Shown piece by piece: positions 37,731 through 51,652 of a DNA stretch of 62,000 bases. The stretch lies in assembly GCA_951406725.2 (NCBI GenBank), contig OX597819.1, forward strand, positions 25,130,001 to 25,192,000, in the 5' to 3' direction. How positions within the stretch are numbered: the stretch's first letter is position 1; each line of letters starts with the position of its first letter. Below the pieces are notes generated by a model. That model saw nothing but the letters and a program-made list of their open reading frames with translations, had not been told where the DNA came from and did not search any database. Source of the DNA: Octopus vulgaris. Taxonomy: Eukaryota. The translations under genes were made by a program, and so were the position numbers.

Positions 37731-37882
37731 GTAAAAAAAAACCCTATTTTAAAGATTTTATAACTCTATAAATGAATTCAAATTGTTGCTTTTCCATTAA
37801 AGAAAAATTAACCAAGAGTGGGTGGGGAAGAAAGGATATTTGAAAACAAGATATAATGGAGTTAACATATCTGAAGATTACA

Positions 37883-38170
37883 ACTGCAATAGTCCAACCA
37901 GTGGATCAAAGATTGACAGTTAACTTCAAGTCATATTATCTGAAAAGAACCTTCAAGTAATTTATGAAATTGACAGGTCGGATGAACCTTCTTTTAGAGC
38001 TTCTGGAAGAAGTTCAACAAATGAAAGTTGTCCATGTGAAGCCTTCATTTTTGAAACGTACTTTGAAAAATATATGGCCAGACTGTATCTGTAACCCTAT
38101 AAATTTTCCATCAGCAGAAAGTGTATGTCAAATTTGGAAAGACACTGTGATATCTAAAAATGATGTCAGG
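37883..38170 (+). mobile_element. Tigger/pogo-like DDE transposase remnant
   Basis: Reads TAIVQPVDQRLTVNFKSYYLKRTFK* ... KNIWPDC, resembling the QP.DQG....FK.YYL..TF and WKKLWP motifs; no TIRs found. Confidence 0.6.
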
Positions 38171-38864
38171 TTTAAAGAACTCATAAAGAATGAGGTGGTT
38201 GTGTTTCTAGTTTCCCATAGTGTTTATCTAATGAGGTGCCAATGCTAATAGAACAAAAGCAAGCTGAGAATACAAAGATTCCTCCAACTCCACTTAAATT
38301 GACTGCAAAGAGTATTGCTAAAGAAGGCCTGCAAGTTTTTACTAATAATGTTATATCGCAATACTACACAGTGGTTGTGTGAGTTACAAAATCCTTATCG
38401 CCAATGTTATATTGCATGTTCCGATGACCTCTACTCAACTCCCTGACATCTAGACTTCTCCTTCTATATCTATGTATTGGGCTAACCTACTTCATCGTCT
38501 GGGGGCGTCGACACAACAAATAATGGCACTAATCATGACTATAATATTAAAAAAAAAATTGCATTGAAGAGCTTACAATGATCTGTTTCTAGACTAAGTT
38601 GTACGAAGAGATAACACTCTATGAAAATCAATCTCAAGCTTATGTTGATGATGATGAACTATAAGACAGGAGATAGTGTTCCTCATCCAGCAAGAAACCT
38701 TTATCCTCCACCACTCTTCACATATAGTCAATATCTTTTGTAATAAGAATAAGTCTTATGATATTATGTATTGCTTTTCAAATATTCTTATGCATACATA
38801 TTGTACTATTTCATTTTTGAATTTGGTTTGCAAGATTCTTTATGTGAATTTGTTTGTTGGGGCA

Positions 38865-39012
38865 TATTTTATTGTGTCTGAGGAGTGTCATTTTGTTTTA
38901 ATGCCTTATTAATTAACACACTCACTGGTTTGATTTCTACTCACTTACTTATTGTTATTGTTTATTAGTAAGGCATTAAAACAGAACGACTCTCCCCGGA
39001 CACAATAAAATA
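38865..39012. repeat. Inverted repeat, 53-bp arms, probable MITE
   Basis: tattttattgtgtctgaggagtgtc...aatgcctta pairs with taaggcatt...gactctccccggacacaataaaata. Confidence 0.7.
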
Positions 39013-39107
39013 CTGTACTATATATGTTTTAGAAATTGTTACCTATATGAATAAAAGTGGTTGTTTTTTGAAAAGTCCATTGGAATGCATTCTCATTTTA
39101 CAATAAT

Positions 39108-39500
39108 GTGGCTGTGTGGTTAGTAGCTTGCTAACCAACCACATGGTTCCGGGTTCAATCCCACTGCGTGGCATCTTGGGCAAGTGTCTTCTGCTATAGC
39201 CCCGGGCCGACCAATGCCTTGTCAGTGGATTTGGTAGACGGAAACTGAAAGAAGCCTGTCGTATATATGTATATATATATATGTGTGTGTGTTTGTGTGT
39301 CTGTGTTTGTCCCCCTAGCATTACTTGACAACCGATGCTGGTGTGTTTACGTCCCCGTCACTTAGCGGTTCGGCAAAAGAGACCGATAGAATAAGTACTG
39401 GGCTTACAAAAAATAAGTCCCGCGGTCGATTTGCTCGACTAAAGGTGGTGCTCCAGCATGGCCGCAGTCAAATGACTGAAACAAGTAAAGAGTAAAGAGT
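39108..39500 (+). mobile_element. SINE family A
   Basis: Copy lacking the first few bases. Confidence 0.86.
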
Positions 39501-40103
39501 CATGTAAGTACCATTTAACGAGGATAATTTTTATAGCTAGCTTCTTACAGTGATACTACCTGCCTTGAATGAATGAGTCAGCTTTTGAGTTTCAGACACA
39601 TCTGAGCACTACTTTGTGACCATCTAGACTATGCTTGCTTTAGTGTTCTTGAGCACACTCTATGTGTGTGTGTGTGTATATATGTCTGTGGGTGTGGATC
39701 TGTTTCTGTGTACAGACACACATAATTGCAAGTTTAAAGCTGTTTTATGATCATTGTGCTGCCAGGAGGCAGAGTATATTGATCTACTCATCTCAGTCAA
39801 TCATGTTGAAAATAGATGTCATTCTTATTTCATGGTTGAATGAATAACTTATTAAGTAAGACTTCTTGCTGTGGAAAAAAAGAAATGAAGAAATTGGAAA
39901 AACAAACATTCAGTTCTGATATAATGAATTTGGGGGAAAAATTTTTTCAATTTGTGAAATGGATAAAAACCAATAAAATGAAGTGACAAAAGGAATTCTG
40001 AGAAAGATATATGACAAATTTTTACAGTATTCTAATGAATTCTTTAATGATCTTCAGATGTGAATAGTGATGGGGAAGGGGGAGAAAAAGAGAGAGAGAG
40101 ATA

Positions 40104-40501
40104 TCTTTATATATAAAAGTGAAGTTGTGTGTCTGTCTCCTACGATTTAGATTCTTAACTACTCCCACATTTTGCGGTGCAGTTTAACCAAAACCGGGTA
40201 TCTTATAGTCGTGATTCATATCGAGCCCTTCTGGGTATTAGCGCGTGTCTGCGATGTGTCTACGATTTAAAAAAAAAATTTACCATCATTTTTTTTCCAT
40301 TTTAATGCATTTTTTGCTATTATATAAGGGAAGTAACTCTCTAAAAATGTCTACGATGAGTCAGCGATTTAAAAAAAAATTTACTATAATTTTTTTTCCA
40401 TTTTTAATGCATTTTTTGCTATTTTTTGGCTATAACTCTCTAAAAATGCTTATATAGTTATTTCCCTTACAAACCCGAGCAACGCCGGGCGATACTGCTA
40501 G
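40104..40501 (+). mobile_element. Non-autonomous Helitron (family H)
   Basis: A|TC ... CTAG|T, 3' hairpin, near-identical to 10161-10556. Confidence 0.88.
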
Positions 40502-40576
40502 TGTCTTTATAACTTATCTAATACTTTTCAGTTGCAACTTTGCTAAGGTTCTTTGTTTTGGTTTCCAATTCTACAG

Positions 40577-40713
40577 TATGTGTCTTCAGGCCCGGGATCC
40601 CTATTGTGCATGGAATAAAATAAACAAGACTTGTGCAACACCACCGGTCAACCAGTTAGAGACTCTCTTTTGGCTTCAGGATATCACATCATGTCCTGTT
40701 CTGGAGACACCAG
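40577..40713 (+). CDS. Sema5: Semaphorin-5-like exon (PSI domain): MCLQARDPYCAWNKINKTCATPPVNQLETLFWLQDITSCPVLETP
   Basis: ctacag acceptor, G|gtaaac donor, 137 nt phase 2->1; C..ARDPYC.W PSI motif. Confidence 0.96.
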
Positions 40714-41033
40714 GTAAACTGCATTTTGACTTATATTCCGAAATGAAATAAATATCTACATGTATATATATATACTTTGATCTAACCTAATGTTTCTACT
40801 GGCATTTATTTACACTATTTTTAAGTGCAAGCATAATATAGTTGCAGGTATGGTTGTATGGTTAAGAAGTTCACTTCTCAACTGTGTGGCTTCAGTTTCA
40901 GTTTTACAGCATGGTATTTTGGGCAAGTGTCTTCTAATATATAGCCCTTAGCTGACCAATGTCTTGTGAAAGAGTATGGTAGGCAGAAATGAAAATGGCC
41001 TATTGCACACACACACACACACACATATACACA

Positions 41034-41105
<72 letters not shown>

Positions 41106-41511
41106 ATATATATGTTCTTTTTGAAAATCTGATGAAGCACTAGCATAATACACAAACACTCAACTGTAAGTGCATTGCATCTTATATAGCAGAAACTACT
41201 GTGAGCTAATGGAGTTCACTATATAATTTTTTGTTCCTTTGTTATTTATTTAATTCTTTATTATATTCTGTACTTGATTAACACTGTTTATGTATATATA
41301 TGAGTGAGTTGACATACAAAAGAAAGTGGTATTCAACATGTTTGGCAGGAGTTACATTAATAACTTAAACAGTTTGATTTTGCTCCATGCAGCTTGAAGT
41401 TTCGTAAGCTTGCAGATCAAATGTACTAATCTTTATTTTGCATGGAGTTAAGTACAACTGTTATTAAATAATATATATATACACACACACACATATGGGT
41501 GTGTGTGTATA

Positions 41512-41644
41512 CTAGGTTGAGGAAAAAGTTTGTGTGTTGTGAGTCACCATTGAACATGAAATGAACTGGATGAATACACACACCACAAAAATATATAATA
41601 AAGCATTATTTTAACACAGTGCACAAACTTTTTCCTCGACCTAA
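41512..41644. mobile_element. 133-bp mariner-type MITE
   Basis: TA|CTAGGTTGAGGAAAAAGTTTGTG ... CACAAACTTTTTCCTCGACCTAA|TA. Confidence 0.75.
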
Positions 41645-41648
41645 TATA

Positions 41649-41690
<42 letters not shown>

Positions 41691-42081
41691 CTGTATATTA
41701 ACATATATCTTGTAGCAGTTGTTGACAAGTTAACTATCGATAGACTGGAGAAGATTTATTATTAGTTGTCAAATGAGATATATATATTAAAAAGTTAATA
41801 AAAACAAAAGGTGCATTAAAAAGTTACACCTTCATATATGCAAAAAAAAAAAAAAAAGACAAACTAATACAGATGTACATAATTTAATTCCATAACAGCT
41901 TTTGTTAATCATGCTTGATATTTCAAATGGTATTCTTTTATGAGAAGAATGTGCTAAAATTGAAGGCTTTTATGAATTCTAAACATTCTTTGTGTTTCAA
42001 TAACATTATTATTGCATGTAAATAATTAGAGAATCTGGAAGTTGTTGCTAGATTTGAATAACTTATATATTATGTGGGTGT

Positions 42082-42307
42082 CGAGCTGGCAGAAACGGTA
42101 GCACGCCGGGCAAAATGCGAAGCCGTATTTCATCTGCCGTTACGTTCTGAGTTCAAATTCCGCCGAGGTTGACTTTGCCTTTCATCCTTTCAGGGTCGAT
42201 AAATTAAGTACCAGTTATGCACTGGGGGCGATGGAATCAACTTAATCGCTTTGTCTCTCCTTGTTTGTCCCCTCTATGTTTGGCCCCTTGTGGGTAGTAA
42301 AGAAATA
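42082..42307 (+). mobile_element. tRNA-derived SINE, family B
   Basis: Exact 18-bp TSD tatatattatgtgggtgt at 42064-42081 and 42308-42325. Confidence 0.9.
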
Positions 42308-42871
42308 TATATATTATGTGGGTGTAGGCATGGCTGTGTGATTAAGAAATTTCCTTCACAATATGGTTTCCGGTTCTGTACTTACATGTGATATCTTGGT
42401 CAAGTCCCTTCTCCTATTGCTGTGACTCTCCCAGTATCTTGTGATGAATTTACTTGACAGAAACTATATTAAGATCATTGTGTGAGTGCACACGTTTGTG
42501 TGTGTGCATACACACGTGTGTATGACAGCACTTATATATTGACATCTAACTTGTCACTATGTGAAATGAAGTGGTGCTGATGTTGATATTCCTAGTTTGT
42601 GTTATGGCTGGTTGTTCTGTGCTTTTGAAGACCTGTGGATTATAAGAATGCCTTACCTCAAAAACAGGTGAAGGTTGGTGATAGGAAGAACTTCCAATTG
42701 TAAAAATCCGACCTAAAATAACTTCATATAACTTAAGAAAGTATGGTAAAGAAGATGTTGAGAAAAAAAATGTAGTTTTTGTATTTAGTTTGCTAGATTT
42801 TTGATGTAGGAAAATCTGATATTATTTTTGCACCAAACATACACTTGATAACACAGCCATGCCTGCACCTC

Positions 42872-43327
42872 TCATCATCTAACGTCCGCTTTCCATGCTA
42901 GCATGGGTTGGACGATTTGACTGAGTACTGGCGAACCAGATGGCTGCACCAGGCTCCAGTCTGATCTGGCAGTGTTTCTACAACTTCCTAACGCTAACCA
43001 CTCTGAGAGTGTAGTGGGTGCTTTTATATGTCACTGGCACGAGGGCCAGTCAGGTGGTACTGGCAATGGTCATGCTCAAATGGTGTTTTTTACATACCAC
43101 CTGCACAGGAGCCAGTCCAGGGGCACTGGCAACAACCTCGCTCGAATGTTTTTTCATGTGCCACTGGCACAAGTGCCAGTAAGGCGACGCTGGTAATGAT
43201 CACGCTGAAATGATACTTTTTATGTGTCACTGGAATGGAAGCCAGTTGGCTGCTCTGGCAATGATCCTGCTTGGATGGTGCTCTTAACGCTCCACTAGCA
43301 TGGATGCCAGTCATCGAATTTGATTTC
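42872..43327 (-). mobile_element. Family E 3' region with about five 65-bp internal tandem units
   Basis: Reverse tail plus repeated tgccactggcac-containing units. Confidence 0.6.
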
Positions 43328-43762
43328 AATTTACCTCTGTGTGTGTGTGTGTGTGTATAAATCAAAGTATACAGTATTATGGATCAATTACAGCTGGTCT
43401 TACCAACCAGTTTCATGCTGGATATTAGGTAAATGGATGATTACCTAATAAAATACACTCATCATAGATGGCAGGTCTGGAATAAAAAGTGATGGCTGTT
43501 CTCTATTACTACAGTTGAGGAAGTGTTACATCCAGTTTACAGAGAGCAGTCACCATTCTTTTCACTTCTGTCATCTTTGATGATAGTACTATATTATATA
43601 ATCATCCAAATAACTAATATCCAGTATGAAACTCAACTGTGATTGAGATACTGTGAACTTTGATTTGTATACTCACCCTCTACTGACTAATATATGAATT
43701 CCTATTTTCTTTGATTTATGGATTCTTAGTCAGCTCACACACACATATATATATATATATCT

Positions 43763-43992
43763 GTTTCTTTATTACCCGCAAGGGGCTAAACATAGAGGGG
43801 ACAAGCAAGGACAGACAAACGGATTAAGTCGATTACATCGACCCCAGTGCGTAGCTGGTACTTAATTTATCGACCCCGAAAGGATGAAAGGCAAAGTCGA
43901 CCTCGGCGGAATTTGAACTCAGAACATAACGGCAGCTGAAATACGGCTACACATTTCGCCCGGCATGCTAACGGTTCAGCCAGCTTGCCACC
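43763..43992 (-). mobile_element. tRNA-derived SINE, family B
   Basis: Reverse complement of the 6029/42082 copies. Confidence 0.85.
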
Positions 43993-44020
43993 TTTATATA
44001 TATATATATATATATATATA

Positions 44021-44288
44021 TCATCATCATCATCATCGTTTAGCATCCGCTTTCCATGCTGGCATGGGTTGGACGGTTCAACTGGGGTCTGGGAAGCCAG
44101 AAGGCTGCACCAGGCCCAGTCTGATCTGGCAATGTTTCTATGGCTGGATGCCCTTCCTAACGCCAACCACTCCATGAGTGTAGTGGGTGCTTTTTACGTA
44201 CCAGACGAGGCTGGCAAACGGCCAGGATAGGATGGTGCTTTTTATGTGCCACCAGCACGGAGGCCAGGCGAGGCTGGCAATGGCACCT
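44021..44288 (-). mobile_element. Family E 3' end
   Basis: (tca)n tail then reverse of the 30018 sequence. Confidence 0.65.
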
Positions 44289-44474
44289 CAAGCTGAATCT
44301 TATTATTCTGAGTTGCACAATTAGCATTCTGTTGCCAAGCATTAAACTTGAAAGTGGTTGCAGTAGTGTCTTGGCTTCCATTAAATATATAAATAAGCTG
44401 TACATCATGTATTTTGTACTTTTTATCATGCCTCTTTCTTTTAAACATATCTTCTTTCTTTTTCTCTTTTGCAG

Positions 44475-44642
44475 TTGATGGACAGTGGTCACCTTGGTCA
44501 CAGTGGTTGCAATGTCGAATTGTAGGACCTGATCGTCTCGGTGATGACTGCTGGTGTCGCACTCGTACTTGTGACAACCCAGCTCCTCGACTGGGTGGCA
44601 GAGATTGTGTTGGTGACACAGTTGAAGTGTCCAACTGTACCA
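44475..44642 (+). CDS. Sema5: Semaphorin-5-like exon, TSP1 repeat 1: VDGQWSPWSQWLQC...CWCRTRTCDNPAPRLGGRDCVGDTVEVSNCT
   Basis: ttgcag acceptor, gtaagt donor, 168 nt symmetric phase 1; the C.CRTR.CD.PAP first-repeat pattern typical of class-5 semaphorins. Confidence 0.97.
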
Positions 44643-44878
44643 GTAAGTAAAAAAAAAAACCCAAAAAAAATCCTCACCTGTTCATGAGTAAATGCACACT
44701 GACACACGCATACAGACATCCAAATATATATATTCATACATTTTGCACACACACACACGTGTGTGTGTATGTGTGTGGTAAGTGGAGACATATGAACCTC
44801 ACAAGAAACATTTTAATTCATCTAATTAACCCATTTATTCGTCGAAAGTGATCTACAACTAATTATAAATTAATTGAA

Positions 44879-44909
<31 letters not shown>

Positions 44910-45110
44910 ACGCGCGTGTGTGTGTATTTGTGAAATGATAAAACCAAATACTATTATTTCCTCTGCTTACTTTCACACTTTGGTAAAGGCATTTTCATGC
45001 TGAAATATCAGAATGTTTTTTTTTTGTTTTTGAAGTGAAGGGTATGTATGCTCTTTGTCTTTATTATTTTTCATTTAACATTTCTACAAATTTTTTTTAC
45101 AATGTCTCTG

Positions 45111-45146
<36 letters not shown>

Positions 45147-45149
<3 letters not shown>

Positions 45150-45379
45150 CTTTATTGCACATAAAGGGGCTAAACATAGAGGGGGGGACAAACAAGGACA
45201 GACAAAGGGATTAAGTCGATTACATCAAACTCAGTGCGAAACTGGTACTTTATTTATCGACCCCGAAAGGATGAAAAGTAAAGTCGACCTTGGCGGAATT
45301 TGAACTCAGAACGTAATGACAGACGAAATACCGCTAAGCATTTCACCCGACGCACTAACGTGTCTGCCAGCTCGCCGCA
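45147..45379 (-). mobile_element. tRNA-derived SINE, family B
   Basis: Reverse complement of family B, embedded in (TA)n. Confidence 0.85.
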
Positions 45380-45382
45380 TTC

Positions 45383-45428
<46 letters not shown>

Positions 45429-45879
45429 CTATGTATGTATGCATGTAGGTATGTATGTAGGTATGTATGTATTTGTGTATGTATATATGTCTATATATAT
45501 ATACATGCATATATGTATATGTATGTATATACATATATATACACACACACTCATCCCCCCCCCACACACACATATATATATGTTGTATATGATGATTTAT
45601 GTGTGTATCAAATTGGCAGAGTCATTAGCACATATGACAGAGTGCCTTTCTGTATTTCTGCTTGTTTGTTGTACTCTAAGGCAACTCTGCTTTTCATCCT
45701 TTTGAGTGTGGGCTCAAGGGGTCAATTCATCTTCTCTTCCTCTGTCTTCCTCTTTGGAAGATCTCTGTTATAGTCAGACAGAGAGAAGGATTGTCTCATC
45801 CAGGTTTTAAAAGTGCTCAAGACATATGTCTCAACACAGCCCCTCCAACTCATTCTGGAGTTATGAGCTCGAAAGAAAG

Positions 45880-45969
<90 letters not shown>

Positions 45970-45986
45970 CATATATGCATACAAGC

Positions 45987-46019
<33 letters not shown>

Positions 46020-46589
46020 TGCATACAAGCATACATATTTATATATATATATATATCATACATACATACATCAGTACTAAAGAGAAAAAGTTTGTGTGTG
46101 TGTTTGTATATGCAGACACACAGAAGCATGTACACACTGTGTGGGTGTGTAAATATATATATATATATGCAATTATATATGTATATACCAACAAACACAC
46201 ACATATATTCATGCATTTGCAGTGTCACGTGTGCACTTACATGTATGGATAAATACATACCACATAACCATATGCATAACTACGCTTAGTTATACATTCA
46301 CAAATACACACGGTCCACCATACATACACCCATAGACACATGTGGGTGTGTAAACACACTCTTACAATGAGATATGGCTTTCTATACACAAAGAGATATT
46401 TTACAATCATGAATGGTTTTACATTTGAAATTCCAGCCGTCTGCAGACAGCTGGAGGAATGTTTGACAAATTTGAAACAATAAACAGTTCCCATATACAG
46501 AGTGACTCTTGCTCAAACATGGATACTACAATTACCCATTCACTTACTGTCACATTTATGTATGCATATTTGTAAGTCTAAGGCACATA

Positions 46590-48317
<1,728 letters not shown>

Positions 48318-48880
48318 AGTCAAGTAAAGTTCAACAATCAAATGTAAATTGTAGGTGTGGCTGATTCCAGTGCCGCATGACTGGCTCTCATACTCATGGC
48401 ATGCAATAAGAACCATTCATGCTTGGGTCATTGCCAGTTCCACCTGAGTAGCTCCCCGTGCTGGGCATCCAGCTATAGAAACATTGCCAAAGATGATGTA
48501 CACTCATAAACACCCACTCATACATGACAATACATAGATATTCACAAGGGCACATACACACACACACACTCACTCGTGTTAAAACATACATTCACATGCA
48601 CAATGATACACACTGCTACACGTTTGCATACACTTGCAGAGGCAGAGGGACATGTATTCATAAGCACACATAGTATACAGACATACAAACATAAACACAG
48701 AAATAGACTCACACATACATAAGAAGACATACATAACACACATAATGTAAGGAATACCACAATCAGTGCTGGAGAAACTTCTACATATGTATATATACAT
48801 ACACTTACAACCCCATTCATACTCTTATATACCCAAACACACACACACACACACACATAACACACATGCATACATATACC

Positions 48881-49111
48881 TATTTCTTTACTACCCACAA
48901 GGGGCTAAACACAGAGAGGACAAACAAGGACAGACAAACGGATTAAGTCGATTACATCGACCCCAGTTCGTAACTGGTACTTAATTTATCGACCCCGAAA
49001 GGATGAAAGGCAAAGTCGACCTCGGCAGAATTTGAACTCAGAACGTAATGGCAGACAAAATACGGCTACGCATTTCGCCCGGTGTGCTAACGTTTCTGCC
49101 AGCTCACTGCC
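48881..49111 (-). mobile_element. tRNA-derived SINE, family B
   Basis: Reverse complement of family B; many older degenerate copies elsewhere in the window are not listed. Confidence 0.85.
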
Positions 49112-51299
49112 TTGTATGCATACGTATACCACTTGCACATTCATACTTGCACATTGCATCTCACAAATTCACACATCATCAATAACATTGTTATTACCAT
49201 TACCAGCAGTACACGAACAATAATAACATTGCTAATTTCATTTACCTTATTATTCTCATTTGTGAACACATACAACTGCAGGTGTCCCAGCCACCTCCTC
49301 ATTCCCCCGTTGCCTGTCCTGGTGGTGCTGCAAACATGTATGACTGTGTGACGAAGTCAACAGGGCCTCAGATTATAGAAACACAGCAACGTATGTTTAG
49401 TCTGAAAGATTTACTTGTGATTTGTTGACGCCAGCATTTCAAGCATCACATAACTACGCGGTCTGTCTAAGGTACCTTTTTGACAAATCTTGCCTCTAGC
49501 AACCACATCTCATCCATTGTCAAGCATAGTTTGCAAAGAATTAGCTGATAAATTTCTTTGAATGTTTGGGAAATTTGAAATTTAGATTTTAAATGATTGC
49601 TAGGCTGACTGTAGAAAGGCAGTAGTATTGTTTCCTTACTTTGATGGTGCCTTGTGATAAATTATCATCATTATCATCATCATCATCATCATCATCATGG
49701 TTTTGTGCTTGTGCTGTGGTGCACCTACACACTCAGCTCTGTTTTTTAAAATCCTTTATTTAAGTGGAAAAGTAGTGTAGCTTATCTCAAAAGCCTTGTT
49801 TACAGAGCATTTGAGACTAGTGGGAATGAAGACAGGAAGAGTTTTTCCTCAAACTGAAGACCTGGCCCAAATGCTTCCAGCAGAGTGAACTTTGTTAAAA
49901 AGTACCCAAAATACCAGGTGGTGTGGATGGTGGATTAACCCTAATATCCAAATAGTCCATTGAAGAATTTGAACTCGGTACACAGAGTTAAAACAAATAC
50001 TAATAGAGCATCAGGCCAAATCACTATAAGTTCTGTGCGCAAATCTCACCAGAGTCAACTCTCCCTTTCATCCTTTTGAGATCAATAAAACAAAACAAAC
50101 ACCAGTCATGTGCTGGGGTTGATTTAATCAACAGATGCTGGTGCCTCCCTAAGTTTGCCAAGAAGAGACCAATCCGAAATGCATCTTCTTTATGAATCTT
50201 AAATGAATTTCTCAACATTTCAAAAACAGATGAGGTTATAAATCCAAATGATTACAATATTCCTATGAGGAGCAGTGACGGAACTAAGTTTTGAGAAGCT
50301 TTTTATCTATTTCCAAGTCAACAGAAAAGAAAGAACCTTTCATGTTCTGAGTTCAAATATTGCTAAGGTTACCTTTGTCTTTCATCCTTTTAGGAGTGAT
50401 AAACTAAAGTACTAGTCAAGTACTGGGGCTGATTTGATATTCCTATACGGTATCGCAGATGTGAATGGAATTATAATAGAAGACTAAAACTTGTATCCTT
50501 ATTTATGAGTGAGATAATAATATTTGTTATAAATATGCTTTACTGAGATACAGCTGGAAAAATTAGATTAAAACAAAGAATTGGTCATTTATGAAGAATA
50601 AGCCACGTTCGTGACACTTTTATGTTTTCTAAGATTGAAAGATAAGTATGATTGGGTAAGATGTGTGAAGCTGATATTTCATGTTGAAATGTTCCAGATT
50701 AGTAGTGAAAGTCATAAGATGAACAGAATGGGAGTCATACGAGTATAGAATTATTGGGTGAACTGCAAGAGAAAAGTTAATCAAAGATGGGAGCTAAAAG
50801 ATGAGATAAAAAGAAAAGTAATACTTTGAGAAGAGGTAAAAATATTCCCCCGTGTTGCTACCTACCCACGTTTTCTCTATTTACCAATGAACCAACCACT
50901 TTATTTATTTATTTAGCTACTTAACTAAATGAAAAAGAAAAATACTGACATCTGGAGAAAACTAGTGATGGTTTGTGTCAGAAAAATAAATGAAACAAAA
51001 TTAATGGAATTTGTAAAATAAAATATGTGTATGGTGCAGTGAGGTGAGTCTTGACATTTTGGGCAGAGAAGCAATGAAGAGCATCTTTCCTAGCTGTAAA
51101 TAAATTCATTTCACCTCTCAGCACATAATCTTTTATTTTCTTTCACTGAGTTTACTTAGCTAAATAGTTATGTATCTGTTTATCTGTGTATTGAAAAATC
51201 TACTTATCTGTCTGTTCTTCTATTGGTTTCAGTCATTGAGCTATGGCCATGCTGGGGCACTGCCTTCAAGTGTTTGTTAAAATTTATTCTGTTGTTGAT

Positions 51300-51652
51300 G
51301 CCAGTGCTGTGTCTGTTATTGTTTCCAGTTGTGTTTGTTTGTCTGTGGACAAGATATCTCAAGAACCGCTTGATGGATTCAGATGAAACTTTCAGGGATG
51401 TTTGGCATCATGATTGGCATGAATTGATTAGATTTTGGGATCGATCTAGTATCAGACAAGTGTTCTGGATTATTTATCCTGTTATTTTACTTAATTTTTG
51501 AGAGCGGTCGGATTCGTTTTTAGTATTCTCGTTTGTGAGAGCAGCTGAGTTTATTTCAGGCATTCGCATTTTAAAAATCATCTCTGGCTAATCGTTGAGA
51601 GGACATTGGTGTTGTCTTGGCAGAGGTTTGCACTCTCCGAGTGCTCTTGTTA
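51300..51652 (+). mobile_element. Helentron/DINE-1-like non-autonomous element, decayed 5' end
   Basis: 3' stem-loop GCACTC-tcc-GAGTGC followed by tcttgtt, and a ctcaagaaccgcttgatggattcagatgaaact segment typical of such elements; family assignment from memory of the type, not a search. Confidence 0.5.

Noticed and set aside
41120-41200. CTGATGAAGCAC hammerhead-like start
   Set aside because: No GAAA after the possible stem II and no stem III or cleavage triplet.
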